Position numbers and translations under genes: made by a program. A stretch of 64,000 nucleotides of DNA from Bacteroidales bacterium (GTDB lineage: Bacteria > Bacteroidota > Bacteroidia > Bacteroidales > Tenuifilaceae): positions 281,229 through 345,228 of the forward strand of contig JACJXC010000007.1 in NCBI GenBank assembly GCA_020636835.1. Direction: 5' to 3'. Shown piece after piece: positions 49,467 to 60,371 of this stretch. Position 1 is the first letter of the stretch, and each line of letters begins with the position of its first letter. The notes beneath the pieces were generated by a model. That model had not been told where the DNA came from and did no database searches. It saw only the letters and a list, made by a program, of their open reading frames with translations.

Positions 49467-51008
49467 TTAGAGCGAAATATTACCGTGCTTACGCGGAGGA
49501 TTCTGCAAACTCTTGCTACGGGTCATCTCCAATGCTTGAATTATTTTATACCGGGTTTGACGAGGATATATAACCTCATCAACATAGCCAAGTTCTGCAG
49601 CCCTGTAGGGATTCGCAAATTTCTCTCGATACTCATCTATCAACCCCTGACGGCTTTCATCGTCATTAATTTTACTTCGATAAAGAATATTCACGGCGCC
49701 CTCAGGCCCCATCACTGCAATTTCGGCCATAGGATAAGCAAAGTTTACATCGGCACCAACCTGCTTGCTCGACATCACACAGTAAGCTCCTCCATACGCC
49801 TTGCGGGTAATTAAAGCAATTTTTGGAACGGTTGCCTCCGAGTACGCGTAAAGCAACTTTGCGCCATGCTTAATAATTCCATTGGATTCCTGATTGATAC
49901 CGGGTAAAAATCCGGGGACATCAACAAAGGTTACGATTGGAATATTAAAGGCATCGCAAAAGCGGATAAAACGGGCACCTTTAACCGACGCATCGATGTC
50001 CAAAACACCTGCAAGGTGTGCCGGTTGGTTTGCAACTATTCCAACGGAGTGTCCTGCCATACGGGCAAATCCAACAACAATATTTTTGGCAAATAACGGC
50101 TGAACTTCCAAAAAGTTTTTATCATCAACAACGGATAAAATCAAATCCTTAATATCGTAAGGCTTGTTAGGATCGGCAGGGACAAGCGTTTGCAACGCTT
50201 CATCTTCCCGCAAAGGGTCGTCGGTTGTCGGAACTACCGGCGGTTCCTCCATGTTATTCACGGGAAGAAAACTCATCAACTCGCGAATAAGCATTAAGGC
50301 CTGTTCCTCGCTATCGGCAAAAAAATGAGCCACTCCACTTTTAGAGTTGTGCGTAATTGCACCTCCCAACTCGTCCTTGGACACCTCCTCGTGGGTTACA
50401 GCCTTAATAACATCGGGCCCGGTAACAAACATGTAACTGGTATCCTTTACCATCACAATAAAATCGGTGAGCGCAGGAGAGTAAACTGCTCCACCGGCAC
50501 AAGGACCCATAATACAGGTAATTTGAGGTATCACCCCCGAACTTCGAACATTGTTATGAAAAATTTCGGCATAACCGGCCAAACTTTGCACCCCTTCCTG
50601 AATACGAGCCCCACCAGAATCGTTCAGACCAATAATGGGCGCACCCATTTTATTCGCCAGCTGTTGAAGTTTTATAATCTTGTTGGCATTAGCCCGACTA
50701 AGCGTACCGCCAAAAACGGTAAAATCGTAGGCGTAAACATAAACCAACCTTCCATCTATCTTGCCATAACCGGCAACAACACCATCGCCGGCAATATGCT
50801 TATCGCCCATACCAAAGTCGGCATTACGATGGGTTACAAACTTATCGAGTTCGTTAAACGTTCCGGGATCTAAGAGTTCTACAATCCGCTCACGGGCTAT
50901 TTTTTTGCCGCTTTCATGCTGTTTGGCAATCCTGCTAGCCCCTCCAGCCTCATCGGCTTGCTTATTTCGTCGCGCTAACTCCTGATATAGTTCATCTAAA
51001 TTTTTCAT
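49467..51008 (-). CDS. Acyl-CoA carboxylase carboxyltransferase subunit (propionyl-CoA carboxylase beta / methylmalonyl-CoA carboxyltransferase family)
   Basis: N-terminus …[11 protein letters not shown]…[11 protein letters not shown](I)ARERIELLDPG is characteristic of the PccB/12S family. Likely start MKNLDEL. Confidence 0.9.
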   Translation of the reverse strand: MKNLDELYQELARRNKQADEAGGASRIAKQHESGKKIARERIVELLDPGTFNELDKFVTHRNADFGMGDKHIAGDGVVAGYGKIDGRLVYVYAYDFTVFGGTLSRANANKIIKLQQLANKMGAPIIGLNDSGGARIQEGVQSLAGYAEIFHNNVRSSGVIPQITCIMGPCAGGAVYSPALTDFIVMVKDTSYMFVTGPDVIKAVTHEEVSKDELGGAITHNSKSGVAHFFADSEEQALMLIRELMSFLPVNNMEEPPVVPTTDDPLREDEALQTLVPADPNKPYDIKDLILSVVDDKNFLEVQPLFAKNIVVGFARMAGHSVGIVANQPAHLAGVLDIDASVKGARFIRFCDAFNIPIVTFVDVPGFLPGINQESNGIIKHGAKLLYAYSEATVPKIALITRKAYGGAYCVMSSKQVGADVNFAYPMAEIAVMGPEGAVNILYRSKINDDESRQGLIDEYREKFANPYRAAELGYVDEVIYPRQTRYKIIQALEMTRSKSLQNPPRKHGNISL

Positions 51009-51110
51009 TGGATTAGTTTTAAAATCGAAAAAGCACACTCGCGCAAAACCTATACTTTTAAAAACGTATTGACGATTGCTTTTTGTCGACGTTCAGGAAT
51101 GATTGCATGG

Positions 51111-51638
51111 CTAACTAAACAAAAGGTTATACTCCACCTCTACAAGGGGTTGATTGGCATTAATATTATCGCCTTCGGCTACGTAAATTTTCTTGACAAC
51201 TCCATCAACAGGGCTCTTGTACTCGCTCTCCATCTTCATAGCCGAAATTACAATTACCGTTGACCCCTGCTGAACCGCATCGCCTTCCGACACCGGAATT
51301 TTGACAACACGCCCCGGCATTGGTGTAGATATGACCTTTTCCACGGCATAGCCATCCGAAGATTTGCGACTTTGCTGGTAACGGCTTTGCGCATCGATGA
51401 TTTCCACCTCACGCGAGTTGTAATATGTATTTACATAATAACTTTTAGGCCCATCGCCAGGAATAATCTCAATGTTAAATGACTTTCCGTTATGAAGAAT
51501 GGAATATACCCCATTTTCAACCTGAGCGATATCCACCTCATAACGCTTACCATCAACCTCAAAAATGGCAAAGTCTCCTTCCCTCTTTATCAACTTCACA
51601 TCGGCAACCCTATCGCCAATTTTCACATCTAAAGCCAT
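51111..51638 (-). CDS. Biotin carboxyl carrier protein (biotin/lipoyl attachment domain)
   Basis: AMKM biotinylation motif (VISAMKMESE) in the C-terminal domain. Confidence 0.85.
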   Translation of the reverse strand: MALDVKIGDRVADVKLIKREGDFAIFEVDGKRYEVDIAQVENGVYSILHNGKSFNIEIIPGDGPKSYYVNTYYNSREVEIIDAQSRYQQSRKSSDGYAVEKVISTPMPGRVVKIPVSEGDAVQQGSTVIVISAMKMESEYKSPVDGVVKKIYVAEGDNINANQPLVEVEYNLLFS

Positions 51639-51640
51639 GA

Positions 51641-53181
51641 TTATATATGTTGAAGATTTTTCTTTATTCCGTAGGTTTTCCAGTTCATCGAACCCTGAGT
51701 AACCGTAAAATCGCTCATTGCAACCTTCTCCATTTTGGATATGAAATCGTAATAGGCTGCAATTATTGCCATATCCTCGAACACGGGATTTTCGGTTCGC
51801 TTTGCGCTCATCAACTCATCAAAATGATCGGGAATAAAATGCGTATTGTAATTTCCCTTTCGAAAATCCGGATGCTCCATTATCCGTTTCTGAAAACGAA
51901 TTGATGTTTTTACCCCCGTAATGTTATATTCAAAAAGAGCTCTGCGCATTCTGTCGATTGCCTCTTCGCGCGTCCTTCCCCACGAAATTAACTTGCTAAT
52001 CATGGGGTCGTAATGAATAGGTATTTCGTATCCCTCGTAAGCATAGCCATCGGTACGAATGCCCAAACCATTGGGTTCGCTAATATGACGAATTAACCCC
52101 GGCGACGGCATAAAGTTGTTGAAGGCATCCTCGGCCAATATTCGACACTCAACGGCATGTCCGTGCTGCGAAATTTCATCCTGACGAAACGAAATTGGCA
52201 ACCCCGATGCAATTCGAATTTGCTCTTTAACCAAATCGATACCCGTAACACGCTCGGTAATCGGATGCTCCACCTGCAATCGCGTATTCATCTCCAAAAA
52301 GTAGAAATTACGATTCCCATCAACCAAAAACTCGATGGTGCCGGCTCCGGTATAACTTACAGCCTTAGCAGCTGCCACCGCTGCCTGCCCCATAGTTTCG
52401 CGAAGTTCAGGAGTAAGAAATGGTGAAGGTGTTTCCTCTACAACCTTTTGATGGCGACGCTGAATGGAACATTCGCGTTCGAACAGATGCACCGTATTTC
52501 CAAGTTTGTCGGCTAAAATTTGAAACTCGATATGGTGTGGTGCTTCCACATACTTTTCGATGTAAACGGTATCGTCGCCAAAGGCTGACATGGCTTCAGA
52601 TTGAGCCATTTTTACAGCAGAAATCAACTCTTCGGGTTTCCGCACCAAACGCATTCCCTTTCCGCCACCACCGGCGGAAGCTTTTACCATGACAGGCAAT
52701 CCTATTTCGGCCACTATACGCTAACCGTATCGAAATCGGAAATCTTTTGTTGCGTCCCCGGAACCACCGGAACACCTGCTGCAATCATTGTTTGACGAGC
52801 AGTAATTTTATCGCCCATGTGGTCGATAGCATCCGGATTAGGCCCAATAAAAATAATTCCCGATTGAGCGCACTTTCGAGCAAAATCGGCATTTTCCGAA
52901 AGGAAACCATAACCCGGATGAATGGCATCGGCGCCAGACTTTAAGGCAACCTCAATAATCTTGTCGGCATTCAGATAACTTTCGCGCGAAGGCGAAGGTC
53001 CAATGTGATACGCCTCGTCGGCATAGCGAACATGCATTGCACGACGGTCGGAATCGGAATAAACAGCCACGGAAGGAATATCCATTTCGCGACACGACCT
53101 AGCAACCCGGACGGCAATTTCGCCCCGGTTAGCAATCAGAATTTTTTTAATCATTTTGTCCCAAATAAGAATCCGGGTCAA
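51641..53181 (-). pseudogene. accC: Biotin carboxylase (accC-like) interrupted by a frameshift near 52714. N-terminal 155 aa and C-terminal 357 aa lie in different frames.
   Basis: ORF 52714..53181 encodes the BC N-domain (…NRGEIAVR…), ending …DFDTVSV*. ORF 51641..52714 continues (I)VAEIGLPVMVKASAGGGGKGMR… from a GTG in the -1 frame. A 1-nt indel between 52712 and 52725 would restore the frame. Confidence 0.7.
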
Positions 53182-53442
53182 AAGTAATTAATTTTTCATG
53201 CTATAAAACATATGTTTAGATTTTTATGTTTTACAGCAACCATCACAACGGCAAATGATCCTAACTGCAAACGTTGTAAATTTGAGGGTTTATGAAAAAA
53301 ATATTTTAATCGACTAAACCCAAATCAATCAACAGTAAAAACAATTACAACACGACATAGCCAAAGAGTTGCGCAATAATCGAAGCTTAAGAAAAATAAA
53401 CTATACAATTTAACTAAAAAACAATGATCATTATAAACACCA

Positions 53443-54735
53443 TTAATAGTTCACCATATTCTCGGCCATTGTGTCTTTATTAGGGTTGAAATAGCCAAAG
53501 TAAACATGCGGGAACTCTTCTTTAATCCGTTTCATTACCTGTTGCACTCCTAGGCAATTTTCGCCATACCCAGCATACTCGATCCTACTGAAAAGCCAAT
53601 CGGGATCGATGTTGAAATTTCGCCACTGAATCATATTCAAACGGGTACTCCCAATTAGAGCCCTAAGGGCATCTAACTCCTGAGGTGTGTCCGTTAATCC
53701 GGGCATTACAAAGTAGTTAATCGAGGCCCATTTCCCATGTTTCCTAGCAATTTTCAGAGACTCCATTGAGTCGGCCTGAGTAAAATCAACAGGACGGATA
53801 TACAGGTTATACCATTTTTCCTGAGCAGAATTCATGCTAACCCGAATGCTATCCAAACCCGCATCGAATAATTTATCCACGGCATCGGGCTTACTCCCAT
53901 TCGTATTGAGGTTTATAATTCCCTTGTCGGTTTTTGCGCGAATGGCTTTAATGGAATCGCGCAGCAACTCCCACTGCATTAAAGGCTCTCCCTCGCAGCC
54001 CTGTCCAAAACTAATAATGGCATTGGGTGCATTCTCCAAATGGGGAACGGTAAACTGAACAATCTCATCAACAGTAGGAACAATAGTAAGTCGATGTTGG
54101 GTTTCGGGCACAGGCGACTCCTTGCTATCCTGCTTCGAAATACAGCCCACACAACGGGCATTACAGGTGGGCGATGTTGGAACAGGAGCCTCCCAGCGAT
54201 CCATAGCAAAGTTGCGAGCCGCTGGACAATAGTAAACAAAAGCGCAATTCTCGATAATATGCCGAACCAAACGGTTATCCGGAAATTTTTTGAGAATCTC
54301 TTTTCCCCTTTTAATAATCACTTTCTGGTTAAAATGCTCACAATCCTGACGGGTGTCGGAATCGATGCGAACAGCGGGGACATAAAACTTTCCCTTATAC
54401 CACCCCACTGCAGTGTACGCATATAGCGGAAGCACAGGGGCATCGGGAGAATTCTGCCATGCAGCAATAGACAGCTGAGTATTGGCAGGGGCTATAAAAG
54501 CCGCACTGGCAAAGCCATCGGGGGAAGCTACCAAATCGCCATTCCTATTATACCCGAGTGTATGACGCCCGGGCAGTTCAAAAAGATCACTGCCTTCCGG
54601 CAGGGGAATCATCTCGTCCAAGTATAGTGGGTAAAAATTCTGACCCGACCGGCCAGCCGCAAAGAGCTGCGTATCCTCAAAAATATTGCCTTGCCCATCG
54701 CTGTATACGGCGTAGGGCTGAATTCGTTTTTGCAT
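53443..54735 (-). CDS. Radical SAM protein with about 180-aa N-terminal domain of unknown function
   Basis: CNARCVGC (CX3CX2C) cluster. Glycine-rich FGQGCEGEPL motif. Confidence 0.7.
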   Translation of the reverse strand: MQKRIQPYAVYSDGQGNIFEDTQLFAAGRSGQNFYPLYLDEMIPLPEGSDLFELPGRHTLGYNRNGDLVASPDGFASAAFIAPANTQLSIAAWQNSPDAPVLPLYAYTAVGWYKGKFYVPAVRIDSDTRQDCEHFNQKVIIKRGKEILKKFPDNRLVRHIIENCAFVYYCPAARNFAMDRWEAPVPTSPTCNARCVGCISKQDSKESPVPETQHRLTIVPTVDEIVQFTVPHLENAPNAIISFGQGCEGEPLMQWELLRDSIKAIRAKTDKGIINLNTNGSKPDAVDKLFDAGLDSIRVSMNSAQEKWYNLYIRPVDFTQADSMESLKIARKHGKWASINYFVMPGLTDTPQELDALRALIGSTRLNMIQWRNFNIDPDWLFSRIEYAGYGENCLGVQQVMKRIKEEFPHVYFGYFNPNKDTMAENMVNY

Positions 54736-54779
54736 TTTACAAAGGGGTTAATACCGGGTAAAGGTAATAATTAGGCGGG

Positions 54780-57700
54780 TTAATGAAAAATGATACTGCT
54801 ATTTATCCACTTATCGATGGCCTGGAATAAATCGTTCGGTTTAATTGGTTTAGTAAGGTAATCGTTACAACCCGCAGCCAGAGACTCTTCTCTATCCTCG
54901 GATAGCGCAAATGCAGTTTGGGCCAGTATTACCACACCCGTGTTGAACTGCCTAATTCTTCGGGTTGCCTCCAATCCACTAATATCAGGCATCCGAATAT
55001 CCATGAGGATTAAATCGATGTCGGAATTGTCGTGCACCAATTGAACAGCCAACTCCCCGCTATCGGCAAAAAACATCTCCTCAGCCAACGGCTCCAGTAA
55101 ACTCTGAAGGTAAAGTGTGGACAATTTATCGTCCTCCACAATCATAATCTTCAAGTGGTTGTGCTTCACAACAACCTCAACCTCTTTTTCAGATTCGGGT
55201 TCAAGTTTTTTCTTCTTAGGCGGTTTATTCAATGGCAGCGTAAAGTAAAATGTTGTACCAACATTCTCCTCCGAATCGAAATTAATTTTTCCACCCAGCA
55301 ATTCAACATACGACTTAGTAATGGCAAGACCCAGTCCTGCACCTTCGTAGGGTCGGGTAAGCGAAATATCGCCCTGTACAAAACGCTCAAAAATGCGACT
55401 CTGCATTTTTGGAGCAATACCCATACCTGTATCCGACACATAAAACTCCACAGAATCCTGTCCCATAGAGAATCCGTAATCGATAGTACCCTTAGAGGTG
55501 AACTTTATGGCATTTTTGATTAGGTTGGTTACAATGGAAATAAACTTCTGCTTATCGGTAAGCAACAATAAATCGGGCAACTCCTCCCCTCCTTGCAGCA
55601 ATAAACAAATCCCCTTTAGCTCCGCCTCGCGCTTAAAGAAATAGTATTGCGACATAAGCTCGGCCGATATGTTAACCTGCGATACAGATGCAGTTAGCTG
55701 TCCTGCCTCAATTTTCGAAATATCTATCAGATTGTTAATCAGATCGAGTAAACGCTGTCCACTCTGCTTAATAATCTCAACATACGTTTCGCGTTCCTCT
55801 TCGGTCAGTGCGGGCTTTTTAAGTAGTTCGGCAAATCCAATGATACCGTTCATGGGCGTACGAATTTCATGACTCATATTGGCCAGGAAGGCAGACTTAA
55901 GCCGATCGTTCTCCTCGGCCTTTTCGCGCGCCATAATCAACTCCTTATTAATTGCCCGTATTCGATCGTTACTCTCGGTAAGTTCCTCGTTTATTGCCTG
56001 GTACTCCTCATTTTGCTCCTTCAACCGCATATCGCGCTCATAAATAGCCAGTTCATTTTTCTTACGCTCAGTAATATCCTCGCAAACAGCAACCGTTCGA
56101 ATGGGAATCCCAGCAGCATCCCTAACAAATGCAGCATTCAGCCTAACCCAGATGGTACTACCATCCTTACGGATATAGCGTTTCTCGCTATTATAGGTAG
56201 ATGTTTTACCCTCCAATGCGGCCTTAAACAGCTCCATATCCCACTCCCTATCGTCGGGATGGGTTAAATCGACAAACGAAAGTTGAAGCAGATCTGCCAT
56301 GGAGTAACCCGTAATTTTGCAGTACGTTTCGTTGCATCGGAGCAGCATCCCATCGTTAGGGTTTGCCTGCACGATGCCCACCGATGCCACCTCAAAGAAT
56401 TTTCGCAACTGTTCGTCGCTCTCGCGGCGTGCTTCCGAGGTCTTTTTAAGCTCCGTGATGTCCTCCTGAATTGCGATAAAATATTTAATCTCCCCCTTAT
56501 CGTTTTTAATTGGCGATATAAGAGTGGACTCCCAGTAAATTTTCCCCGTCTTACTTTTATTCTGAATTACACCCTTCCAATCGTTCCCGTTCTGAATGGT
56601 AGTCCACAGATTATTAAAGAACTCCTCGTCGTGATACCCCGAATTGAGGATTCTGGGGTTTCTACCAATAACCTCTTTGAACGGGTACCCCGAAACCTCA
56701 ACAAACCGTGGATTAACATACTCAATACATCCCTTGGTGTCGGTTATAATAACAACAACCGGACTCTGCTCGATACCCTTCTTTAGTTTTTGAAGAGTTT
56801 CCTCAATTTGCCTTTTGCGGGTGATGTCGGAGAAGATTGTGGCAAACTGCCCTTTTTGAGGGCTAAAGGCCCAAACATCGTAGTACCGCCCCAACTCCGA
56901 CGAGTAGTTCTCGTACCGAATGGGCTCGCCGGTTAACGCAACCTTACCATAAATATCGATCCAGTACTGCTCAGTATCGGGCATGAGCTCACGAATGGAG
57001 TTCCCAATGGCAATATTGGCCTTTAAGCCTGTTAGCAGTTCAAAAGCGTCGTTCACATCAAGGAAACGGTAATCGACTGGAATTCCGGTATCGTCGAGAA
57101 TTATCTCATGAAGCGCAAAACCCTGCGTCATGTTATTGAAAAGCATCCGGTACTTCTCCTCACTATGCCTCAATGTCGCCTCGTTTTGTTTTTGCTCAGT
57201 AATATTCTGTGTTACACCAAAAATGTAATCAGGTTTTCCATCGGTAGAAAATAGGTGGCCAAAAGAATGGAGCCAAAGTGTTTCGCCCGAAGGAGTAATC
57301 ACCCGAAACGTATTATCGTACGGAGCATTCCCCTCGATGGCACGTACAGAGCACTCAATAAAATGACGCCTATCGTCGGGATGAACTGTGGTAATAAGCT
57401 TACGCACCGATTCCTTACACGAATCGAGAGAGAATCCCAATAACTCGCGTTCGCCTCCGTACCAACACAACTTCCTTGTATTTATATGATAATACCAATA
57501 GCCCATTTTAGCCACTCGGAGTGCCAAATTGAGGCGAGCCTCGCTCTCCTTAAGGCTCTGGCTCATAACCATCCGCTCGGTAATATCGATATGGGTTCCA
57601 ACCATGCGGATGGATAACCCAGCTTTGTTTCGCGAAACGCTTCGCCCCCGCGATAGTATCCACTTCCACGTTCCATCCTTAGCCCTTAGCCTGAACTCGG

Positions 57701-59369
57701 TTTCGAACCGATCGGATTCCCCCTTAATACAGCGCTTAATAGTTCCGATAGCCGAATCCCGATCGTCGGGATGGAGTAATTCCATCCACGATCGGCTCGA
57801 CCCCGACAAACTATCGGCCGAATAGCCTAGCATTGCGTAGTAGGCCGGACTGAAATAAGCGTTATCGGTTTTCACATTCCAATCCCACAACCCGTCGTTG
57901 GTAGACTCCATGATTAGCTGGAACCGCTCGTCGCTTTCCTTGATCCTCCGAGCCGACTCAATCTCCATGGATCTATCGCGGAGCACCAAAACAACGCCCT
58001 GAATCTCATCCCTATCATTGAAAATAGGGGCAGCAGTAGTTGAAATGGGAATCTCGAGGCCATAGCGGTTGATTAGCAGAATTTGATCCGACAGCCCTAC
58101 CACGTTACGGCTTTTTAATGCGGCAAGAACAGGGTTATCCTCTGCAACCTTGGTAACCCGGTGTACAATCCGAAAAACAGCGGCTATCGATTTGCCAAAA
58201 GCATCACTCTCCCTATATCCAGACACCCTAACCGCCTCGAAGTTCATATTGGTAACAATACCATTGGTATCGGTTATAATAACCCCATCGCCAATGCTAT
58301 AAAATATGGTTTGGAATTCCTTGTAGTAATTGGACAGCTTGCGCTCGCGGGCTATTACCCGTAAGAACTCGCTGCGTTTAATAAAGAAATTATACGTAAT
58401 TAAAGCGATAGTAACAAGAGCCATGAAAAGCAATGGCAAAAGAATGATGGCAATCACATTAGTTGCCATGAGTTCTCGAATGCCACGGCTATCTATCACC
58501 TTAACAAACTTCCACGAAGTAGCCGGTATATGCATAGCAAATAAATACTGCGTATGCCCCTCGGAATTTTTTGCTTTAGTAAATTTCCCAGGATGATAAA
58601 TGGCATCAACTATATAATCATTAATAACAGCAGAATTTGAAGCCCCTCCACACCACGCTGAATTCAAAAACACGACTGACTCTCCATCATACCGAACTAC
58701 GTAGTTGAGTGTATTCTCAATCGGCTTAGGCCATTCCTCAACAATTGGATAAAGGGACTGATAAGCATTTACTCTATAAAGAATTATAGCCAATACCGAA
58801 TCGGATTTGTCCATGAGGGGTGAGATGTAATCGATATGCATTGTTTTATGGGTAGCACATTCATAAAAATCAGTAAAAAAAACCTGTTTGTCGTGAACGG
58901 CATTTTTAATTAGCATTTTAGTGGTGGCCCCGAGACGATGCAAAGTATCGCCGGTAGAGATTAGGACATTTCCTGCACAATCAGTAATTAAAATTGAGGT
59001 GTATATTCTATTTATATTTATAAGATTAAGCCTTTTAACAATATCGACTTTCAACCCCTCCCGCTCCCGATCTAATAGCCAACTGCTCACAGCCCCAGCA
59101 AAGAACGGGCTTTGCGAAAACATTTGTGCATCGGCCAACCGTGCCTGATGCCACTCGGTGAACTGCCGCACTTTTATGGAAACAATATCCTCAACGTTGT
59201 GCTGAAGCTTTTGCAATGCCAAATCTTTTTGGGCATTATAAAACGACAATGCACCAAAAACACTAAACGCTGCAAGACAAATCCAAACCACAAGCAATTG
59301 GTACCTGAGGGAGAATGATGTTCTCTTTTTTGAAGAAAATCGTTTCATTTCAATTCTAGTATAACACAA
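54780..59369 (-). CDS. Giant hybrid sensor histidine kinase/response regulator. Two TMs with a periplasmic sensor domain, at least 6 PAS domains, HisKA, HATPase and a receiver.
   Basis: TM1 near the N-terminus, TM2 IAIILLPLLFMALVTIAL, and multiple PAS/PAC blocks. ANMSHEIRTPMNG H-box, GAGLGLAI G2 box, and C-terminal IMIVEDD receiver. Confidence 0.9.
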   Translation of the reverse strand: MCYTRIEMKRFSSKKRTSFSLRYQLLVVWICLAAFSVFGALSFYNAQKDLALQKLQHNVEDIVSIKVRQFTEWHQARLADAQMFSQSPFFAGAVSSWLLDREREGLKVDIVKRLNLININRIYTSILITDCAGNVLISTGDTLHRLGATTKMLIKNAVHDKQVFFTDFYECATHKTMHIDYISPLMDKSDSVLAIILYRVNAYQSLYPIVEEWPKPIENTLNYVVRYDGESVVFLNSAWCGGASNSAVINDYIVDAIYHPGKFTKAKNSEGHTQYLFAMHIPATSWKFVKVIDSRGIRELMATNVIAIILLPLLFMALVTIALITYNFFIKRSEFLRVIARERKLSNYYKEFQTIFYSIGDGVIITDTNGIVTNMNFEAVRVSGYRESDAFGKSIAAVFRIVHRVTKVAEDNPVLAALKSRNVVGLSDQILLINRYGLEIPISTTAAPIFNDRDEIQGVVLVLRDRSMEIESARRIKESDERFQLIMESTNDGLWDWNVKTDNAYFSPAYYAMLGYSADSLSGSSRSWMELLHPDDRDSAIGTIKRCIKGESDRFETEFRLRAKDGTWKWILSRGRSVSRNKAGLSIRMVGTHIDITERMVMSQSLKESEARLNLALRVAKMGYWYYHINTRKLCWYGGERELLGFSLDSCKESVRKLITTVHPDDRRHFIECSVRAIEGNAPYDNTFRVITPSGETLWLHSFGHLFSTDGKPDYIFGVTQNITEQKQNEATLRHSEEKYRMLFNNMTQGFALHEIILDDTGIPVDYRFLDVNDAFELLTGLKANIAIGNSIRELMPDTEQYWIDIYGKVALTGEPIRYENYSSELGRYYDVWAFSPQKGQFATIFSDITRKRQIEETLQKLKKGIEQSPVVVIITDTKGCIEYVNPRFVEVSGYPFKEVIGRNPRILNSGYHDEEFFNNLWTTIQNGNDWKGVIQNKSKTGKIYWESTLISPIKNDKGEIKYFIAIQEDITELKKTSEARRESDEQLRKFFEVASVGIVQANPNDGMLLRCNETYCKITGYSMADLLQLSFVDLTHPDDREWDMELFKAALEGKTSTYNSEKRYIRKDGSTIWVRLNAAFVRDAAGIPIRTVAVCEDITERKKNELAIYERDMRLKEQNEEYQAINEELTESNDRIRAINKELIMAREKAEENDRLKSAFLANMSHEIRTPMNGIIGFAELLKKPALTEEERETYVEIIKQSGQRLLDLINNLIDISKIEAGQLTASVSQVNISAELMSQYYFFKREAELKGICLLLQGGEELPDLLLLTDKQKFISIVTNLIKNAIKFTSKGTIDYGFSMGQDSVEFYVSDTGMGIAPKMQSRIFERFVQGDISLTRPYEGAGLGLAITKSYVELLGGKINFDSEENVGTTFYFTLPLNKPPKKKKLEPESEKEVEVVVKHNHLKIMIVEDDKLSTLYLQSLLEPLAEEMFFADSGELAVQLVHDNSDIDLILMDIRMPDISGLEATRRIRQFNTGVVILAQTAFALSEDREESLAAGCNDYLTKPIKPNDLFQAIDKWINSSIIFH

Positions 59370-59418
59370 TTCTCATTTTATTCATACTGAAAACTAGCGC
59401 ACACCGGGCACACACACA

Positions 59419-59784
59419 TTATAACGTGGAAAGAGCATTGAGCTGAAGTTTGAGCGTGGAAAAATTGAACGGTTTGGCAATAACCATACATGCCCCAAAC
59501 TCCTTGGCCATTAGCAGCAAATCCGATGCGCAAAAATAGCCACCGCCCGAAATAGCGATAATTTTAGTGGTAGGATGGGTAGCCTTAACGTACTGAATAA
59601 CCTCGAGCCCATCCATCTCGGGCATAATAATGTCGGTAATCAGAACATCGAACGGATTCAGATTCTCAATGTTCAATGCGTCGGTTGGACTATTAGTAAC
59701 AGTAACCTCGTGCCCCTCCTCCTCTATCATCTCTTTCAACGATAGCGAATAATCAACGTCGTCGTCAAGTATTAATACTCGCAT
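59419..59784 (-). CDS. Single-domain response regulator (CheY-like receiver)
   Basis: MRVLILDDD…D…ITDIIMPEMDG…K: receiver acidic pocket and conserved Lys. Confidence 0.85.
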   Translation of the reverse strand: MRVLILDDDVDYSLSLKEMIEEEGHEVTVTNSPTDALNIENLNPFDVLITDIIMPEMDGLEVIQYVKATHPTTKIIAISGGGYFCASDLLLMAKEFGACMVIAKPFNFSTLKLQLNALSTL

Positions 59785-59967
59785 GCTGTTCGTATTTATA
59801 AAGTTGAAAGCATCCCATAAATAACATCAGTCAGGTTTAGGAAAAAATTCAAGCCGAAGTAACCCCATGCGGCAGAACTCACGGCTTAACCTGTAAGACT
59901 GCATAATTGAGCCTCACCTTTGTAAGGCAACAAATAGGGAAATGGCAAAAAGCCACTTCCCCCATCA

Positions 59968-60354
59968 TCATTCAACTCCTTCCCTCACCCATTTAATAGC
60001 CTTTGCAATAGGATCCTGCGATGCTGAAGCATCGATATACCTTTCGGTATTAAGAATCCCCGACATGGAGGCAATTGCTTTGAACTGGCCGCAAAGCTCT
60101 GAGTTACTAAGAATAACAGCCGACCGAAGCATCCCCTTATCGCGGTACAACTTTTGTCCACTTTTCATTATTGCAGAAGCCTCGGGTTCCAAGGGTTTCA
60201 GGTTCTTCATATCAATTATCACTCCAAAGGAGTTAGCCGACTCATTGGCCAACTTCAACTTCGACTCATCGTACCACTGTTTCATTTCCTGAGCATTCAC
60301 TACTCCGGAAAAAATTATCACATAACCCGATGTTTTTTTTTCGATCCTGTACAT
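59968..60354 (-). CDS. STAS-like (anti-sigma antagonist fold) hypothetical protein
   Basis: 128-aa alpha/beta pattern resembling the SpoIIAA/STAS fold. Weak assignment. Confidence 0.4.
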   Translation of the reverse strand: MYRIEKKTSGYVIIFSGVVNAQEMKQWYDESKLKLANESANSFGVIIDMKNLKPLEPEASAIMKSGQKLYRDKGMLRSAVILSNSELCGQFKAIASMSGILNTERYIDASASQDPIAKAIKWVREGVE

Positions 60355-60371
60355 GGCGCAACGAATTTTAG

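Noticed and set aside
51641-52714. Treating the two accC pieces as two independent genes (a split biotin carboxylase)
   Set aside because: The frames abut with a 1-nt overlap in mid-domain. The second piece lacks a plausible ATG start and continues the domain seamlessly, which is consistent with a frameshift, not a natural split.
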